Shown in pieces: positions 1 to 10,908 of a stretch of DNA of 64,000 nucleotides. This DNA is from a virus. The position numbers and the translations under genes were made by a program. Position 1 is the first letter of the stretch. Every line of letters begins with the position of its first letter. The notes below the pieces were generated by a model. It was not told the DNA's origin and did not search any database. It worked only from the letters and a program-made list of their open reading frames with translations. The DNA lies in UHGV virus genome UHGV-0348865, one strand, 5' to 3'.

Positions 1-2
1 AT

Positions 3-765
<763 letters not shown>

Positions 766-775
<10 letters not shown>

Positions 776-1377
776 TTAGTGAGTCTAAACCCTTAATAGT
801 AATTCTCAATGGACCTCCGGGTTGTGGTAAAGATACGATAGCTAGTGCTTGGGTAAATGCACACTCTTACCATCATGGCTATTTAACCAAATCCTTCAAG
901 GAGCCAATGTATAAGGTAGCTGCTGCTGCACTAGGCATACCTCTAGAAAACTTTCTAGCACGCTATGAAGATCGTGAATGGAAAGAAAAACCTAGATCAG
1001 AATGGGGAGGGAAGTCTGTAAGAGATCTGATGATTTCTACAAGTGAAGACTTCTTAAAACCTATGTTTGGCAATAATCATATGGGGACTCTTGCTGTAAA
1101 GAGCATCAAACAAGAAGGGCTAGGTCAGGATGATATTGTCGTGTTTACTGACGGGGGTTTTGATGCAGAGGTACGAGAACTAGAAAAGAATTTCCATGTC
1201 CAAGTTGTCCAAGTTCTTAGAGATGGTTGCTCTTTTGAGGGAGATTCTCGCTCATATATTGAAGGTGAGCAGAGAAAAACATATCTACTGTATAATGACT
1301 CAACTGTTGAATCAGCAGTGTTAGATCTAGATTGTATTATTGATCAAGCTCGGGATGATATTTATGGAAGAAGTTAA
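766..1377 (+). CDS. P-loop nucleotide kinase-like protein (dNMP kinase-like)
   Basis: Walker A motif LNGPPGCGKDT near the N-terminus; about 200 aa; sits in a nucleotide-metabolism context. Confidence 0.6.
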
Positions 1378-2185
1378 GCTCCCTGAAGTTGCTCTAGTGG
1401 ATGCTGACGTTCTTCGATATGAGGTAGGTGCTCTTACTCAGGAGCATCCCTTCCTTGATACAGGACGTGTTCCAGTTGATTATAATTTCATGATTGAACG
1501 ACTTCAGTATAAGATTGATACAATCATAGCTCGCTCGGGTTGTAGCAAGGTTGTATTCTACTTCAGCGAAGGTGGTAACTTCCGTTTTGATGTTGCTAAG
1601 CAGCAAGACTACAAGGCAAACAGACCTCCCGGAGAAAGACCTTTTCATTGGCAAAACGTTGGTGATTACATTAAAGGTAAGTATGAATACATAGACGTAT
1701 TTGGGAGAGAGGCTGATGATGCACTAGCTGAAAGGCAACGCAGAGATAAGAACACTATCATCTGTACTAGAGACAAAGACTTGTTGATAACTCCCGGATG
1801 GCACTACCGTTGGGCTTGTGGAGAAAGACAGAAAGAAGTTCCTCCTCACTACGTGTCTGATTTAGTTTCATGGCAAAATTTCTTCTATCAGATGCTGGTT
1901 GGAGACGGTACAGACAATATCCCCGGATGCGGAGAACGTAAAGAAGTTATGTGGGGTGGTAAGCTCCAGCTTCGACGTCAAGGAATAGGGAAGAAAGCAG
2001 CAGCTAAACTATTGGCTGGTGTTACAGATAAGTGGACCATGTATCATATAGTACGAATGGAATATTATAAGAAGTTCGATACTGAAGATGAAGAGAAAAT
2101 GCTTGAGAATGCTCGGCTGCTCTTTGTTGGTCAAACTCCGGAAGACCTATTTGATTGGTCGTGGCTCGAAAAAACTTGGGAATAA
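1355..2185 (+). CDS. 5'-3' exonuclease / flap endonuclease (FEN-like)
   Basis: Conserved acidic motifs VDADVLRY, KANRP, GREADD and GDGTDNIPGCG plus a helix-hairpin-helix-like GIGKKAAAKLL; start taken at an internal ATG (1355 or 1364) because the track start 1340 is TTG. Confidence 0.8.
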   Translation: MIFMEEVKLPEVALVDADVLRYEVGALTQEHPFLDTGRVPVDYNFMIERLQYKIDTIIARSGCSKVVFYFSEGGNFRFDVAKQQDYKANRPPGERPFHWQNVGDYIKGKYEYIDVFGREADDALAERQRRDKNTIICTRDKDLLITPGWHYRWACGERQKEVPPHYVSDLVSWQNFFYQMLVGDGTDNIPGCGERKEVMWGGKLQLRRQGIGKKAAAKLLAGVTDKWTMYHIVRMEYYKKFDTEDEEKMLENARLLFVGQTPEDLFDWSWLEKTWE

Positions 2186-2195
2186 GGATATTATA

Positions 2196-2375
2196 ATGGG
2201 TAAATTTGATTATCGTTCATATGATGAAAACTCATCCAATCGTGAATCTCGTAAAGACCAAAAGATTAAACATCAACTATTTGATCAGCGGACTGGTCGT
2301 ATTCCTCGTGAGGGTAAAGTAAGTCATCGTGTAAACAAACGAGTTTGGGAAGAAGCTGATTATGGCGAAGTCTGA
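2196..2375 (+). CDS. hypothetical small basic protein
   Basis: ATG at 2196 preceded by AAGGATA; the track ORF starts earlier at 2088, overlapping the FEN gene. Confidence 0.4.
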   Translation: MGKFDYRSYDENSSNRESRKDQKIKHQLFDQRTGRIPREGKVSHRVNKRVWEEADYGEV

Positions 2376-3315
2376 GAAGACACGCTGTAGCGGAACGTGG
2401 ACTGAAGCTCGTTACAACTCTTTCATCAAGTCAGGGATTCGTTCTCTGACTAGAAAGTGGAAGCCCATGTTCGATGCACTAGCAGACGCCAAGACAGAGC
2501 AGAAGATTAATCCAAAGACAGGAAGACTGGCAATGCACTTTAAGTGTGCCATGTGTGGTTCTGACCACCCTGTAAAGGATATGGCTATAGACCACATAAA
2601 GAGTATCATAGGTCCAGAAGGGTTCCTTGATTGGGACACTACTATAGAGAGGGCTTTGTGTGAGAAAGAAGGTTTTCAAGTTCTATGTAAAGATCCTTGC
2701 CACAAAGAGAAAACAAATAGAGAGAATATGGAAAGAAAGACTTGGAAGAAAGCAAGAGATGACAACCCTAGAGAGTATGATTCTTGGAACAGCATGAATC
2801 GAAGATGCTACGATAAGAATTTTAGAGCATACCCTTGGTACGGAGGAAAAGGCATCAAGGTTTGTGAGGAGTGGAATCAATCAAATGGTATAGGATCTCT
2901 TGATAACTTTATAAGAGATATGGGCAAGAGGCCAGAAGGTTGCACTTTAGACAGGATAGACCCAGAGAAAGATTATGAACCAACCAATTGTCGATGGGCT
3001 ACTAATTTAGAACAAGGACGAAACACTTCAAGGAATGTTTGGATTCAAGTAGACGATGATTTACTGCAACTTCATGAGTGTGAGGAGCGATACGGTGTTC
3101 CTGCTAAATTAGTGGGACGACGTATCAACAAAGGTTGGACCCCTAGACAGGCTGTTGGTTTAGATAAGAAAGAAAAAGCGGAATACCTCACTAACCTAAC
3201 AGAAGAAGACGTAGAGTTTATCAGAGATAGCAAGTTATCACAGGAGAAAACTGGAGAAGTTCTAGGGTTAACAAGAGATCAAGTCAGATGGATTAAAAAG
3301 AAATTTAACATTTAA
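2362..3315 (+). CDS. HNH-family homing endonuclease with C-terminal HTH
   Basis: Motif block DSWNSMNRRC...YGGKGIKVCEEW...FIRDMGKRPEGCTLDRIDPEKDYEPTNCRWAT typical of phage HNH homing endonucleases; N-terminal Cys/His cluster (CAMCGSDHPVKDMAIDHIKS). Confidence 0.75.
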   Translation: MAKSEKTRCSGTWTEARYNSFIKSGIRSLTRKWKPMFDALADAKTEQKINPKTGRLAMHFKCAMCGSDHPVKDMAIDHIKSIIGPEGFLDWDTTIERALCEKEGFQVLCKDPCHKEKTNRENMERKTWKKARDDNPREYDSWNSMNRRCYDKNFRAYPWYGGKGIKVCEEWNQSNGIGSLDNFIRDMGKRPEGCTLDRIDPEKDYEPTNCRWATNLEQGRNTSRNVWIQVDDDLLQLHECEERYGVPAKLVGRRINKGWTPRQAVGLDKKEKAEYLTNLTEEDVEFIRDSKLSQEKTGEVLGLTRDQVRWIKKKFNI

Positions 3316-3322
3316 GGATATC

Positions 3323-3568
3323 ATGGAAACTGTTAAGGAAATTAATGATGATCAAAAGTCTACGCAACAAGTGCTTCGCTTTCGCTATCGTAATTGGAGA
3401 GGCGAGGTTGCTGACCGGTCCGTTATTCCACTCCGAACCTCCGTTGCTAGCTCCCGTTTTCATAACGGTGGCAAACCTTGTTGGATTATGACAGCGATAG
3501 ATGTAGAGAAAGATGAGATTCGAGAGTTCAAACTCTCTGACATTATTCAGTATTATGATTTAATCTAG
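3323..3568 (+). CDS. hypothetical protein
   Basis: 81-aa ORF with RBS; no motif recognised. Confidence 0.45.
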   Translation: METVKEINDDQKSTQQVLRFRYRNWRGEVADRSVIPLRTSVASSRFHNGGKPCWIMTAIDVEKDEIREFKLSDIIQYYDLI

Positions 3569-3576
3569 GAGATTGT

Positions 3577-3702
3577 ATGGGAAATGACCAAGAACTGATT
3601 GACGAAATGTTAAAACTAGCCAACCGTCTCACAGAGATAATTAAAGAGATCAATGCAAGAAAGGAATCATACTTAGCCTCTGAAGAGAATTGGGATGTAT
3701 GA
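3577..3702 (+). CDS. hypothetical small protein (41 aa)
   Basis: ATG preceded by TAGGAG; below the ORF-track size cutoff; last plus-strand gene before the convergent terminator. Confidence 0.3.
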   Translation: MGNDQELIDEMLKLANRLTEIIKEINARKESYLASEENWDV

Positions 3703-3735
3703 CGAATTTGATGGTTTTTAAAATTTAGAAACAAA

Positions 3736-3776
3736 TAAAGCCCTCTTGGATTTCTCCTTGAGGGCTTTTCTTTTAT
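3736..3776. terminator. bidirectional rho-independent terminator between convergent modules
   Basis: Inverted repeat AAAGCCCTC...GAGGGCTTT flanked by an A-run on the 5' side and a T-run on the 3' side, between the last plus-strand gene and the stop of the 1473-aa minus-strand gene. Confidence 0.6.
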
Positions 3777-6700
3777 CACTCCTTAGGTCGAACTCTTACA
3801 CGGAGTCTCGATTGACGCTTACTGCGTTCAAGCTTCTCTGACAATGAGCCACGTTTAATCTTCGGCTTCCCTTCGTCATTAAACTTCTCCAAGAACTTCA
3901 AGTACTCAGTACGATTCGTTGTCTTGTAAGAAGGAATCTTAATATCAGGGTTCTCTTCAATCACACGTCTCATCTTCGCTACATCATCCCTACCAAGCAA
4001 CTTACTCTTAGCCTGTTCAGCTGTAGAACCAAAGATCTTCTCCAGTGCTCTAGATTTGTTACCACCTGCGGAAGAAGCACCAAGTTTAGCAATAGCAGAG
4101 TAATCATCAGCACTAAACCAAGCTACTGGATTATCACCATATTTCTTCTTGTTTTCAGCAGCAGTCTGCAATGCACGTACAAAGCGACGGTTGTTACCAG
4201 CTTTATCTGCACCATGAACCCTGTCTAAAACTTCAGCCACACTAGCCAACTCATCCAAGCTTTTCCCACTCAAGAAAGCTTTCTCTACTTTATCAGCAAA
4301 GACCTCTTCCTGTTGTTTAATGCTTTCCAAGATATCAGAATTTGCTTGAGATCTTTCATCGTCAGGCAGAGCAGAACGAATCTTCTCCATCTCCAATTCT
4401 TCCTCTTGCAGTTTCTTAATATCAGAGTCAACCTTCTGAGCCTCTTCAATAGCCTTCCTAGTATCCGCATCCAAGTTATCAAGTTTACCTTCAGTGTCTC
4501 CAGTAACCTTAACAATCTCTTTCTCAATAGGAGTCATTGATTCGTACTTCTTAGCGAACTTCTCAACATCAGCTTCGATACGAGAACGAGCATTCTGATG
4601 TTCAGTAGGAGTCATAGGCTTCTCAAGAAGTGCATAACGGTTATCCATATAGGAACCAGCAAATGCTTCAGCATCCTCTCTAGATATGCCCTTATCTTCC
4701 ATAGTACGCATCAGGCGGCGATGAATGTCATCACGTTGACGTTGTACTGCCATAAGGTCATTCTCACGCTCTTGGGCCGCTTTAAGCTCTTCACTGCGCT
4801 TAACTCTCTTGTCCACATCAAACTTACGGTTCATCTCTTCCGCTTGCTCATACATCTTGTTCCACTTGGCCTGACGAGCATCTTCCTCTGCATCAGTTAA
4901 ACGACGCTGACGATCAAGGTAATCTGACTCGGCGTTATGGATACGTTCGATATAACTACGGAACTTCTCTGGAGGAACTGGAGAGTTCTTGTCATGGTGA
5001 GCAGCTAACTGTTTCAATGTACGAGATTCCTGAGCCTCACGGACAGGTTTAGGTAAACCTTCCATCATCTTCTCAATCTCACTCTTCTGAGCTGCAATAG
5101 CCTCTAGAGTTTTACGTTCATTCTCAACAGCAGCCTTAGCATCTGAACGAGCCTGAGCCTTTTTCCTGAGGGTAGCAAGACGTTCTTCACGAGCCTGTAA
5201 GTGCTTAGCAGCAGCTTCGTACTGAGAGTTCTTGTTAGCTTTGTTGAAGGCATTCACTTCTCTGTTGTAGGTGTTAATAAACCCATCCCAAATATCCTTC
5301 ATCTGACCAACTTCCAAAGCCTCTTCCCTACCAGCCTTCTCTGAAGATTTAAACTTCCCATCTACAAAGTCATTCATCAGCTTACGCATAGCATCTTTCT
5401 GAGCAGGACGTAAAGGTTCTGAATCAATCAAAGCATCAATCTCAGACTGAAGCTCTTTCTTCTGGTCAACCAGTTTAGGAGCATTCTTGTTATCGAAAGC
5501 TTTGTTCTCTTCTAGAGCTTGTTGATACAATCTATCAAACTCATCTTCACGCTGCTTCTGATACAACCTTTCAGCACGACGTTTCAGACTATCCAAGTTA
5601 GTTACGTTCCCACCTAAACCTTTCTCTTCAGCACGTAATGCCTTAGTAGCAACGTCTTCTGGCAGACCACGTTCCTTAACCCATTCAGCAAAATTAGTTC
5701 GTACAGTGTTGTTCTTAGCAGTAGCAATACCTTGCTGAGAAGCCAGCTGGTTACGAGCCATTTCTTCATGACGTTCAGTGTTGATAGCATTATCTTCCTG
5801 ACGAATACGACGCATCAGCTCCTTAGGATCACCTTTATAAGCCAAGAAGTTTTCAGCAGTAGCTTTAGCTTTAGCAGCCTTAGAGTACAGAGAACGAGCA
5901 AAACGTTCTGCACGATCTTTAGTAGCCTGACGAGCAGCACTAGACATAGCAGCTAAACGTTCTACACCACTTGCCGGTTTAACGTCCTGTACAGCTTCCT
6001 TAGAAGCTTTAGGAGCACGGGCAGGTAATGGCTCAGCTTTGACTGTTGGTTCCTCTACAGTTGGTTCTGGAGCCTGTACGGCCTCTTCTTGAGCACGTTG
6101 CTGTTCCATTGCACGACGCTCCTCTAAAGGATTACGAGCAGGGAGAGGTTCAGCCTGTGGAGCTTGTTCGACCGGAGCTCCTTGAGCAGCAGCTGCCTCT
6201 TCTTCAGCGCGACGCTGTTCAGCCTGACGGATAGCACGTCTTTGCGCAACTAAATCACGAGCTGTAAGAGGAGTTTCTTGAGGAGTAGAAGAAGGAAGAT
6301 TTTCTTCCGTCACAGTACTAGAAGAAGGCTCCCGAACCGGTTCGGTTTCCACGTCATTTTGCGTCTTAAATTTAATGTCATCAACAACTGGTTCTTCTTC
6401 CATCTTAGCACGAGCTTCATCAGCAGTAGATTTAGCACGAGCAACTTCCAAATCACCACGAGCCAGAGAGCGAATAGCCTCACTGTTAGACTCTTGTTGC
6501 TTAACACGTTGAGAGCGAGCACGCTGAGAAGAGAAGCGATTCAGAGCATACTTAGCAGCACCAAGGGTGTTCATAACCAGACTAGGAGAAGAAGCCTCAC
6601 GGAAGCCATCATCAGTCAGGGAAGTCCAACCACGGTCTTGGTTGCTCATGAACTTAGCTGTATTATTCAGAGTGTAAGCATCTTGAATAGGATTAAAACC

Positions 6701-8197
6701 TTCAGGCATACCTTTCAGTTTCTTCAACCCACCAATAGCTTTCTTCATCTCTGGAGAAACATTATCAGCCATCTTCTGTAGTTCAGCAGCTTTCTCTACA
6801 AAGTTATTAAAGTCTTCACCATCACGAGCTTTGAATCGATTTGCTTCATTGTAGAAAGTCTTGTAAGCATCGATGAAATCACGGTCAGCTTGTGTACGGT
6901 TCTTAATATCAATCGGACTACCAGTAAAATCACCAGAAGCTCGGAGAGAAGTTAATTCACGGTCTAGGTTATCTAGAACATCTGTAAGAGCTTTCGTATT
7001 ATCTTTGGTGTAATCAGCCATTGCATCCTTCATAGCAACAGCCTGCTTCTGGTTGTGCTCGTTATCCGCGAATGCTTTACCACGAGTCTTAGCAGGAGAA
7101 GCTAAAGGGTTAAGGCCCGGAATGTTGGAATGCTCTTTCTGGACAGAAGCAGCTTTCTCAGCACGAGCTTGGTCAGTATTAAGAATACGCTGAGCAGCAG
7201 GAGAGTCTACAGCAACAGCATCTGTAATACGGAATCCATTCTCATCTAGAAGGTTTAGAGCAGAAGCAGCGTTAGCAGTTTCAGCCTTAGAGTAAGCCTC
7301 TTTCAATTCATCAATATTTTTAGCACTACGAATCAGTTCATCATCAGCAGCAATATCAGTCTTCGCATATTCTGGAGTGTTCTTGAAGACAGCAGAATCC
7401 GGACGGCTAATCAAACCATGAACTCCACCAACTGCACCACCAAATGCAGCACCCATAGCCCCTTCTTCAATAACCCCTTCCAATGTCTTAGCTAAATCAT
7501 TGTCATCACCATACTTGTTCTGAACTTCAGCAGCACCAACAAGAGCACCACCTTTAGCACCAGCCACTGCGTTACTAGCAACGTTCTGACCAATACGACC
7601 AAGTGTGGACTCAGCTGTACCAACAGCACCCGGAAGGATTCTCTGAGCTGCATAGTTAGCACCACCAACTAAGGCTGCATCTAGAACAGACTTATCTTCT
7701 CCCTCTTCAGGGGTTTGGTCTGCATACGCACGACCGGTCTCACGACCTGCGATGATAGCAGCGGCAGCTAATGGGTTAGCAACTGTCAGACCAATGTCGG
7801 CAACCACCCCAGCATACTGACCAGCAGACTTACCAATCCCATCCTCAATCTTATCCATACGTTCTTTCAAGAGGTTTTGAGCGTTCTCTTGCATACGCTT
7901 CCCGTAACCAGTTTGTGCTCCAGTTAGATCTTCACCAATCTCAACTAAGCCCCCAATACCTCTAGCAAGATTAGCAGAGATGTTAGCACTGCCGGACTGA
8001 AGGGCATTTGACACACCTTGAGCAAACTCACCTATAGCACCACGTTCTTCTTGTTGTGGTTGTGCTACTGGCTGTTCCTCAGGAATAGAGCCACCTGCTG
8101 CCTTATATTGTTCTCTCATTCGAGCTTGTTGCTCCGGAGAGGCATTCAGATACGCAGGAGCTTTGGAAGCTTCTTCCCACGGTTTAATGTTAGCCAT
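3776..8197 (-). CDS. large internal virion / ejection protein (about 1473 aa, coiled-coil rich)
   Basis: Very long A/E/K/R-rich helical protein at the distal end of the structural operon; start placed at MANIKP (AAAGGAGA RBS) rather than the track start at 8242. Confidence 0.55.
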   Translation of the reverse strand: MANIKPWEEASKAPAYLNASPEQQARMREQYKAAGGSIPEEQPVAQPQQEERGAIGEFAQGVSNALQSGSANISANLARGIGGLVEIGEDLTGAQTGYGKRMQENAQNLLKERMDKIEDGIGKSAGQYAGVVADIGLTVANPLAAAAIIAGRETGRAYADQTPEEGEDKSVLDAALVGGANYAAQRILPGAVGTAESTLGRIGQNVASNAVAGAKGGALVGAAEVQNKYGDDNDLAKTLEGVIEEGAMGAAFGGAVGGVHGLISRPDSAVFKNTPEYAKTDIAADDELIRSAKNIDELKEAYSKAETANAASALNLLDENGFRITDAVAVDSPAAQRILNTDQARAEKAASVQKEHSNIPGLNPLASPAKTRGKAFADNEHNQKQAVAMKDAMADYTKDNTKALTDVLDNLDRELTSLRASGDFTGSPIDIKNRTQADRDFIDAYKTFYNEANRFKARDGEDFNNFVEKAAELQKMADNVSPEMKKAIGGLKKLKGMPEGFNPIQDAYTLNNTAKFMSNQDRGWTSLTDDGFREASSPSLVMNTLGAAKYALNRFSSQRARSQRVKQQESNSEAIRSLARGDLEVARAKSTADEARAKMEEEPVVDDIKFKTQNDVETEPVREPSSSTVTEENLPSSTPQETPLTARDLVAQRRAIRQAEQRRAEEEAAAAQGAPVEQAPQAEPLPARNPLEERRAMEQQRAQEEAVQAPEPTVEEPTVKAEPLPARAPKASKEAVQDVKPASGVERLAAMSSAARQATKDRAERFARSLYSKAAKAKATAENFLAYKGDPKELMRRIRQEDNAINTERHEEMARNQLASQQGIATAKNNTVRTNFAEWVKERGLPEDVATKALRAEEKGLGGNVTNLDSLKRRAERLYQKQREDEFDRLYQQALEENKAFDNKNAPKLVDQKKELQSEIDALIDSEPLRPAQKDAMRKLMNDFVDGKFKSSEKAGREEALEVGQMKDIWDGFINTYNREVNAFNKANKNSQYEAAAKHLQAREERLATLRKKAQARSDAKAAVENERKTLEAIAAQKSEIEKMMEGLPKPVREAQESRTLKQLAAHHDKNSPVPPEKFRSYIERIHNAESDYLDRQRRLTDAEEDARQAKWNKMYEQAEEMNRKFDVDKRVKRSEELKAAQERENDLMAVQRQRDDIHRRLMRTMEDKGISREDAEAFAGSYMDNRYALLEKPMTPTEHQNARSRIEADVEKFAKKYESMTPIEKEIVKVTGDTEGKLDNLDADTRKAIEEAQKVDSDIKKLQEEELEMEKIRSALPDDERSQANSDILESIKQQEEVFADKVEKAFLSGKSLDELASVAEVLDRVHGADKAGNNRRFVRALQTAAENKKKYGDNPVAWFSADDYSAIAKLGASSAGGNKSRALEKIFGSTAEQAKSKLLGRDDVAKMRRVIEENPDIKIPSYKTTNRTEYLKFLEKFNDEGKPKIKRGSLSEKLERSKRQSRLRVRVRPKE

Positions 8198-8264
8198 AAC
8201 GTCTCCTTTTATAAATAAAAATGTCCTACCCCCTATATACATTATAGAAGGCAGGACTTAGGTC

Positions 8265-9914
8265 TTATTGAGTGAACCAGCTCGTATCTTCAACAGCTGA
8301 TAGAGCACCATTAAGTTTAGGATTGGTTGCTGCACCACCAACCGCTTCTTCTGCTTGTTCAGAGAAAACACCTAGAGGGTCATAGAAACCACCAGAAGGG
8401 ATTGCACGGTTAACCAATGCAGTAGCCCTCTTCTTGTCCATACCAGAACCGATGTAAGCTTCAATCGTAGCTCTCTTAGCATCAGCAACCCCTTTCATTG
8501 CAGAGGTATGACCAACGTTAGCTTGCTTACGAGCATAAGCAAGAGCAGAATCAGTAGGACGCCATCCAGACTTCAGTGCAAACTTGTTGCCAACACGAAC
8601 GAAGATTGATGGGTCTTCTGCAAAGTGCCCCAAGTCTTCTTCGGTAAGAGAACGAGTAGCACCGATTTCAGCCCTTGCGGAGTTCATGATAGCCTGCATG
8701 TAAGCAGAACGAGCTGTCTGATAGTCTTTATCCTTAACAGCCTTATCAGCCAAATCCAAGTCTTTATTAGACTGGTTAAACAGGCCACCTTTCTCTGCCC
8801 ACTGCTTAGCAACCGTACCTTCAGCTGTATTCTGAGCAAGACGAACTTCTTTCGGGTTAAAGTTAAAACTCTGAGCAGCTTGTTCAGCACGTTCAGCCTT
8901 AACCTTATCACGATAACCAATCAACTCTTTCTGGCGTTCAAAGTTCATGTTAGCTCTTTCTTCAGCGGCACGACGAGTTTCATCAGCACGCTCACGCATA
9001 GTTTGCTCTTGAATCTGTTGACGTCTATCCCATTCAGCATTTTGTCGTTCTTCACGAGCAGCATACAGCGCTTCTTTCTGAGCAGGGTCTACAGCTCTCA
9101 TCTTCAGTAGAGACGGGTCTCCGTTAGCAATAGCAGCTGCGATCGAGTCTTGGGAGAAGCCTTGTTCAATCAGAGCATCACGGTTAGCTTCCAGTTGCTT
9201 CTTAGTCTCATCTTGATTAGCCATTCCCTGACCAATCTGGAAAGCTTCAATAGGAGACTTACCTGACATGATAGAAAGACCTACACCCATTAAACCTGTA
9301 TAGAAACTGGAGTTCTGATAGAAAGGTTCTTTCTGTAGTTTATTCCAAGCTTCTGAAGGATTTTTAGCTTTAGCAACTTGCAAGATATCGTTGTTAACAC
9401 GTTCCTGATCTTTAGCACGAGTAGCAGCAGTCATTCCATCACCAGCGTCTTGTCCTTGAGCAAGAGTATTAATCACACCTTGTGCCTGTTCCACCTGAGA
9501 AGGAGTAAACTCCATAGGACCAGCTTCTAACGGTTTAGTAGGAGGTGTTACCGGAAGAGGTTCTGATTCTGGAGGAATAGAAGAAGGAGAAAGTCCAGCA
9601 GCTTGCATGGTTTCTTGATTCTCAAACTCAGGAAGAGTTACAGCCTGTTGTGCTTGAGGTTGTACATCATTTGGGATATCAGAAGGAAGACCATTACTCT
9701 GAACAGGATTCAACATATTCTGATAATCTACTGAAGTTTGACCTACAAGAGAGGAAAGCCCAGCAGGTATAGCAGGACGTTGATACATAGAAATATCTGC
9801 TGTCTGAGTTGGTCTAGCCATATAAGGAGAGGCCGAAGCCGCTCCCGGATTAACACCATAGAAAGTATTTCTCGGGTCACGACTTCTGACCTGAGCGTAA
9901 GTTGTCTGTTGCAT
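8265..9914 (-). CDS. internal virion protein (549 aa)
   Basis: AGGAGA RBS; position between the Q/N-rich proteins and the large internal protein; no catalytic motif recognised. Confidence 0.45.
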   Translation of the reverse strand: MQQTTYAQVRSRDPRNTFYGVNPGAASASPYMARPTQTADISMYQRPAIPAGLSSLVGQTSVDYQNMLNPVQSNGLPSDIPNDVQPQAQQAVTLPEFENQETMQAAGLSPSSIPPESEPLPVTPPTKPLEAGPMEFTPSQVEQAQGVINTLAQGQDAGDGMTAATRAKDQERVNNDILQVAKAKNPSEAWNKLQKEPFYQNSSFYTGLMGVGLSIMSGKSPIEAFQIGQGMANQDETKKQLEANRDALIEQGFSQDSIAAAIANGDPSLLKMRAVDPAQKEALYAAREERQNAEWDRRQQIQEQTMRERADETRRAAEERANMNFERQKELIGYRDKVKAERAEQAAQSFNFNPKEVRLAQNTAEGTVAKQWAEKGGLFNQSNKDLDLADKAVKDKDYQTARSAYMQAIMNSARAEIGATRSLTEEDLGHFAEDPSIFVRVGNKFALKSGWRPTDSALAYARKQANVGHTSAMKGVADAKRATIEAYIGSGMDKKRATALVNRAIPSGGFYDPLGVFSEQAEEAVGGAATNPKLNGALSAVEDTSWFTQ

Positions 9915-9927
9915 ATTTGTCTCCTAA

Positions 9928-10896
9928 TTAAGTACTAGCCAACCCACCGATTACACCCCCAGCTAATGCACCCCAAGGTCCAAAGGAAGAGCCTGCTGCT
10001 GCACCACTCATACCCCCTCCTAAGAAGCCGCCCCTACCTCCAGATGTTTTAGTAGTTGTAGTTTGTCCGAGAGCACCGTTAAGTACACCTGCTGCACCGA
10101 GTTGGTTATTGATATCTTGCCATCCCCAATTAGCTGCGTTCTGAGCATTCTGGTAGGCATTATCATATTCATTCTGTTGTTGCTGTTGTTGCTGCAATCC
10201 TGCATTCCATTGATTCATTATTTGCTGTTGAGACAAATTAGCACCCTGCTGACCTAGGTTAGAAAGGTTAGAACCAATATTAGAAAGACCTGAGAGAGCA
10301 GCTGCTTGATTCTGTCTATTACCAGAGAGGATGCTTTCAGCTTGGCTAATAGCCGAGTTATAGGCACTGTTGGTAATATCTGTTGCTTGGCCTTGCATCT
10401 GATTCAGAGCATCACCTTGGGCAAAAGATTTAGCCATACGAGCACCTGAACCTTGCTGACCAGCAAACTGTTGAGCTAATTGAGGAAGAGCATTACGTGC
10501 CAAGTTCTGTTGAACCTGTTCATTATTAGCGGTAATGGCTGCTTGCACAGCATCATCGTCATACAGTTGACCAGCGAGAGCACCAATCTGTTCTCCAGTA
10601 ATCCCACCTTGTCCAGAGAGGCTCTGGTAGCCTTTATAGGCATTATCCAGATAACCCAACCCTTGACCTGCTGCATCCATATATTGCTGCGAGAGAGTCC
10701 CTAAAGCACCGGATTGAGCCAAATTATTAAGGGCTTCTGTCTGGTTGTTATTAAATCCTACGTTGTCACGATAGACATAATCCCCTGAACTAGTATTACC
10801 AATCTGCTGGTTAAGCTGGTCAATATACTGTTGAATATATTCAGGGCGAATCATTTGGGAAGTAGTTTTACTACCCCCTCCTCCGAAAAGTCCCAT
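9928..10896 (-). CDS. Q/N/G-rich low-complexity virion protein
   Basis: Strong Gln/Asn/Gly/Ala/Ser bias with a Gly-rich hydrophobic C-terminus; paralogous to the next gene (shared MSLFG/MGLFGG N-terminus and repeated NQ...AG...LSQQ blocks). Confidence 0.45.
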   Translation of the reverse strand: MGLFGGGGSKTTSQMIRPEYIQQYIDQLNQQIGNTSSGDYVYRDNVGFNNNQTEALNNLAQSGALGTLSQQYMDAAGQGLGYLDNAYKGYQSLSGQGGITGEQIGALAGQLYDDDAVQAAITANNEQVQQNLARNALPQLAQQFAGQQGSGARMAKSFAQGDALNQMQGQATDITNSAYNSAISQAESILSGNRQNQAAALSGLSNIGSNLSNLGQQGANLSQQQIMNQWNAGLQQQQQQQNEYDNAYQNAQNAANWGWQDINNQLGAAGVLNGALGQTTTTKTSGGRGGFLGGGMSGAAAGSSFGPWGALAGGVIGGLAST

Positions 10897-10908
10897 ATCA
10901 AATCTCCT

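Noticed and set aside
8198-8242. N-terminal extension of the 1488-aa track ORF (MYIGGRTFLFIKGDV...)
   Set aside because: No ribosome-binding site before the track start, whereas AAAGGAGA sits at proper spacing before the internal Met of MANIKP; start moved to 8197.
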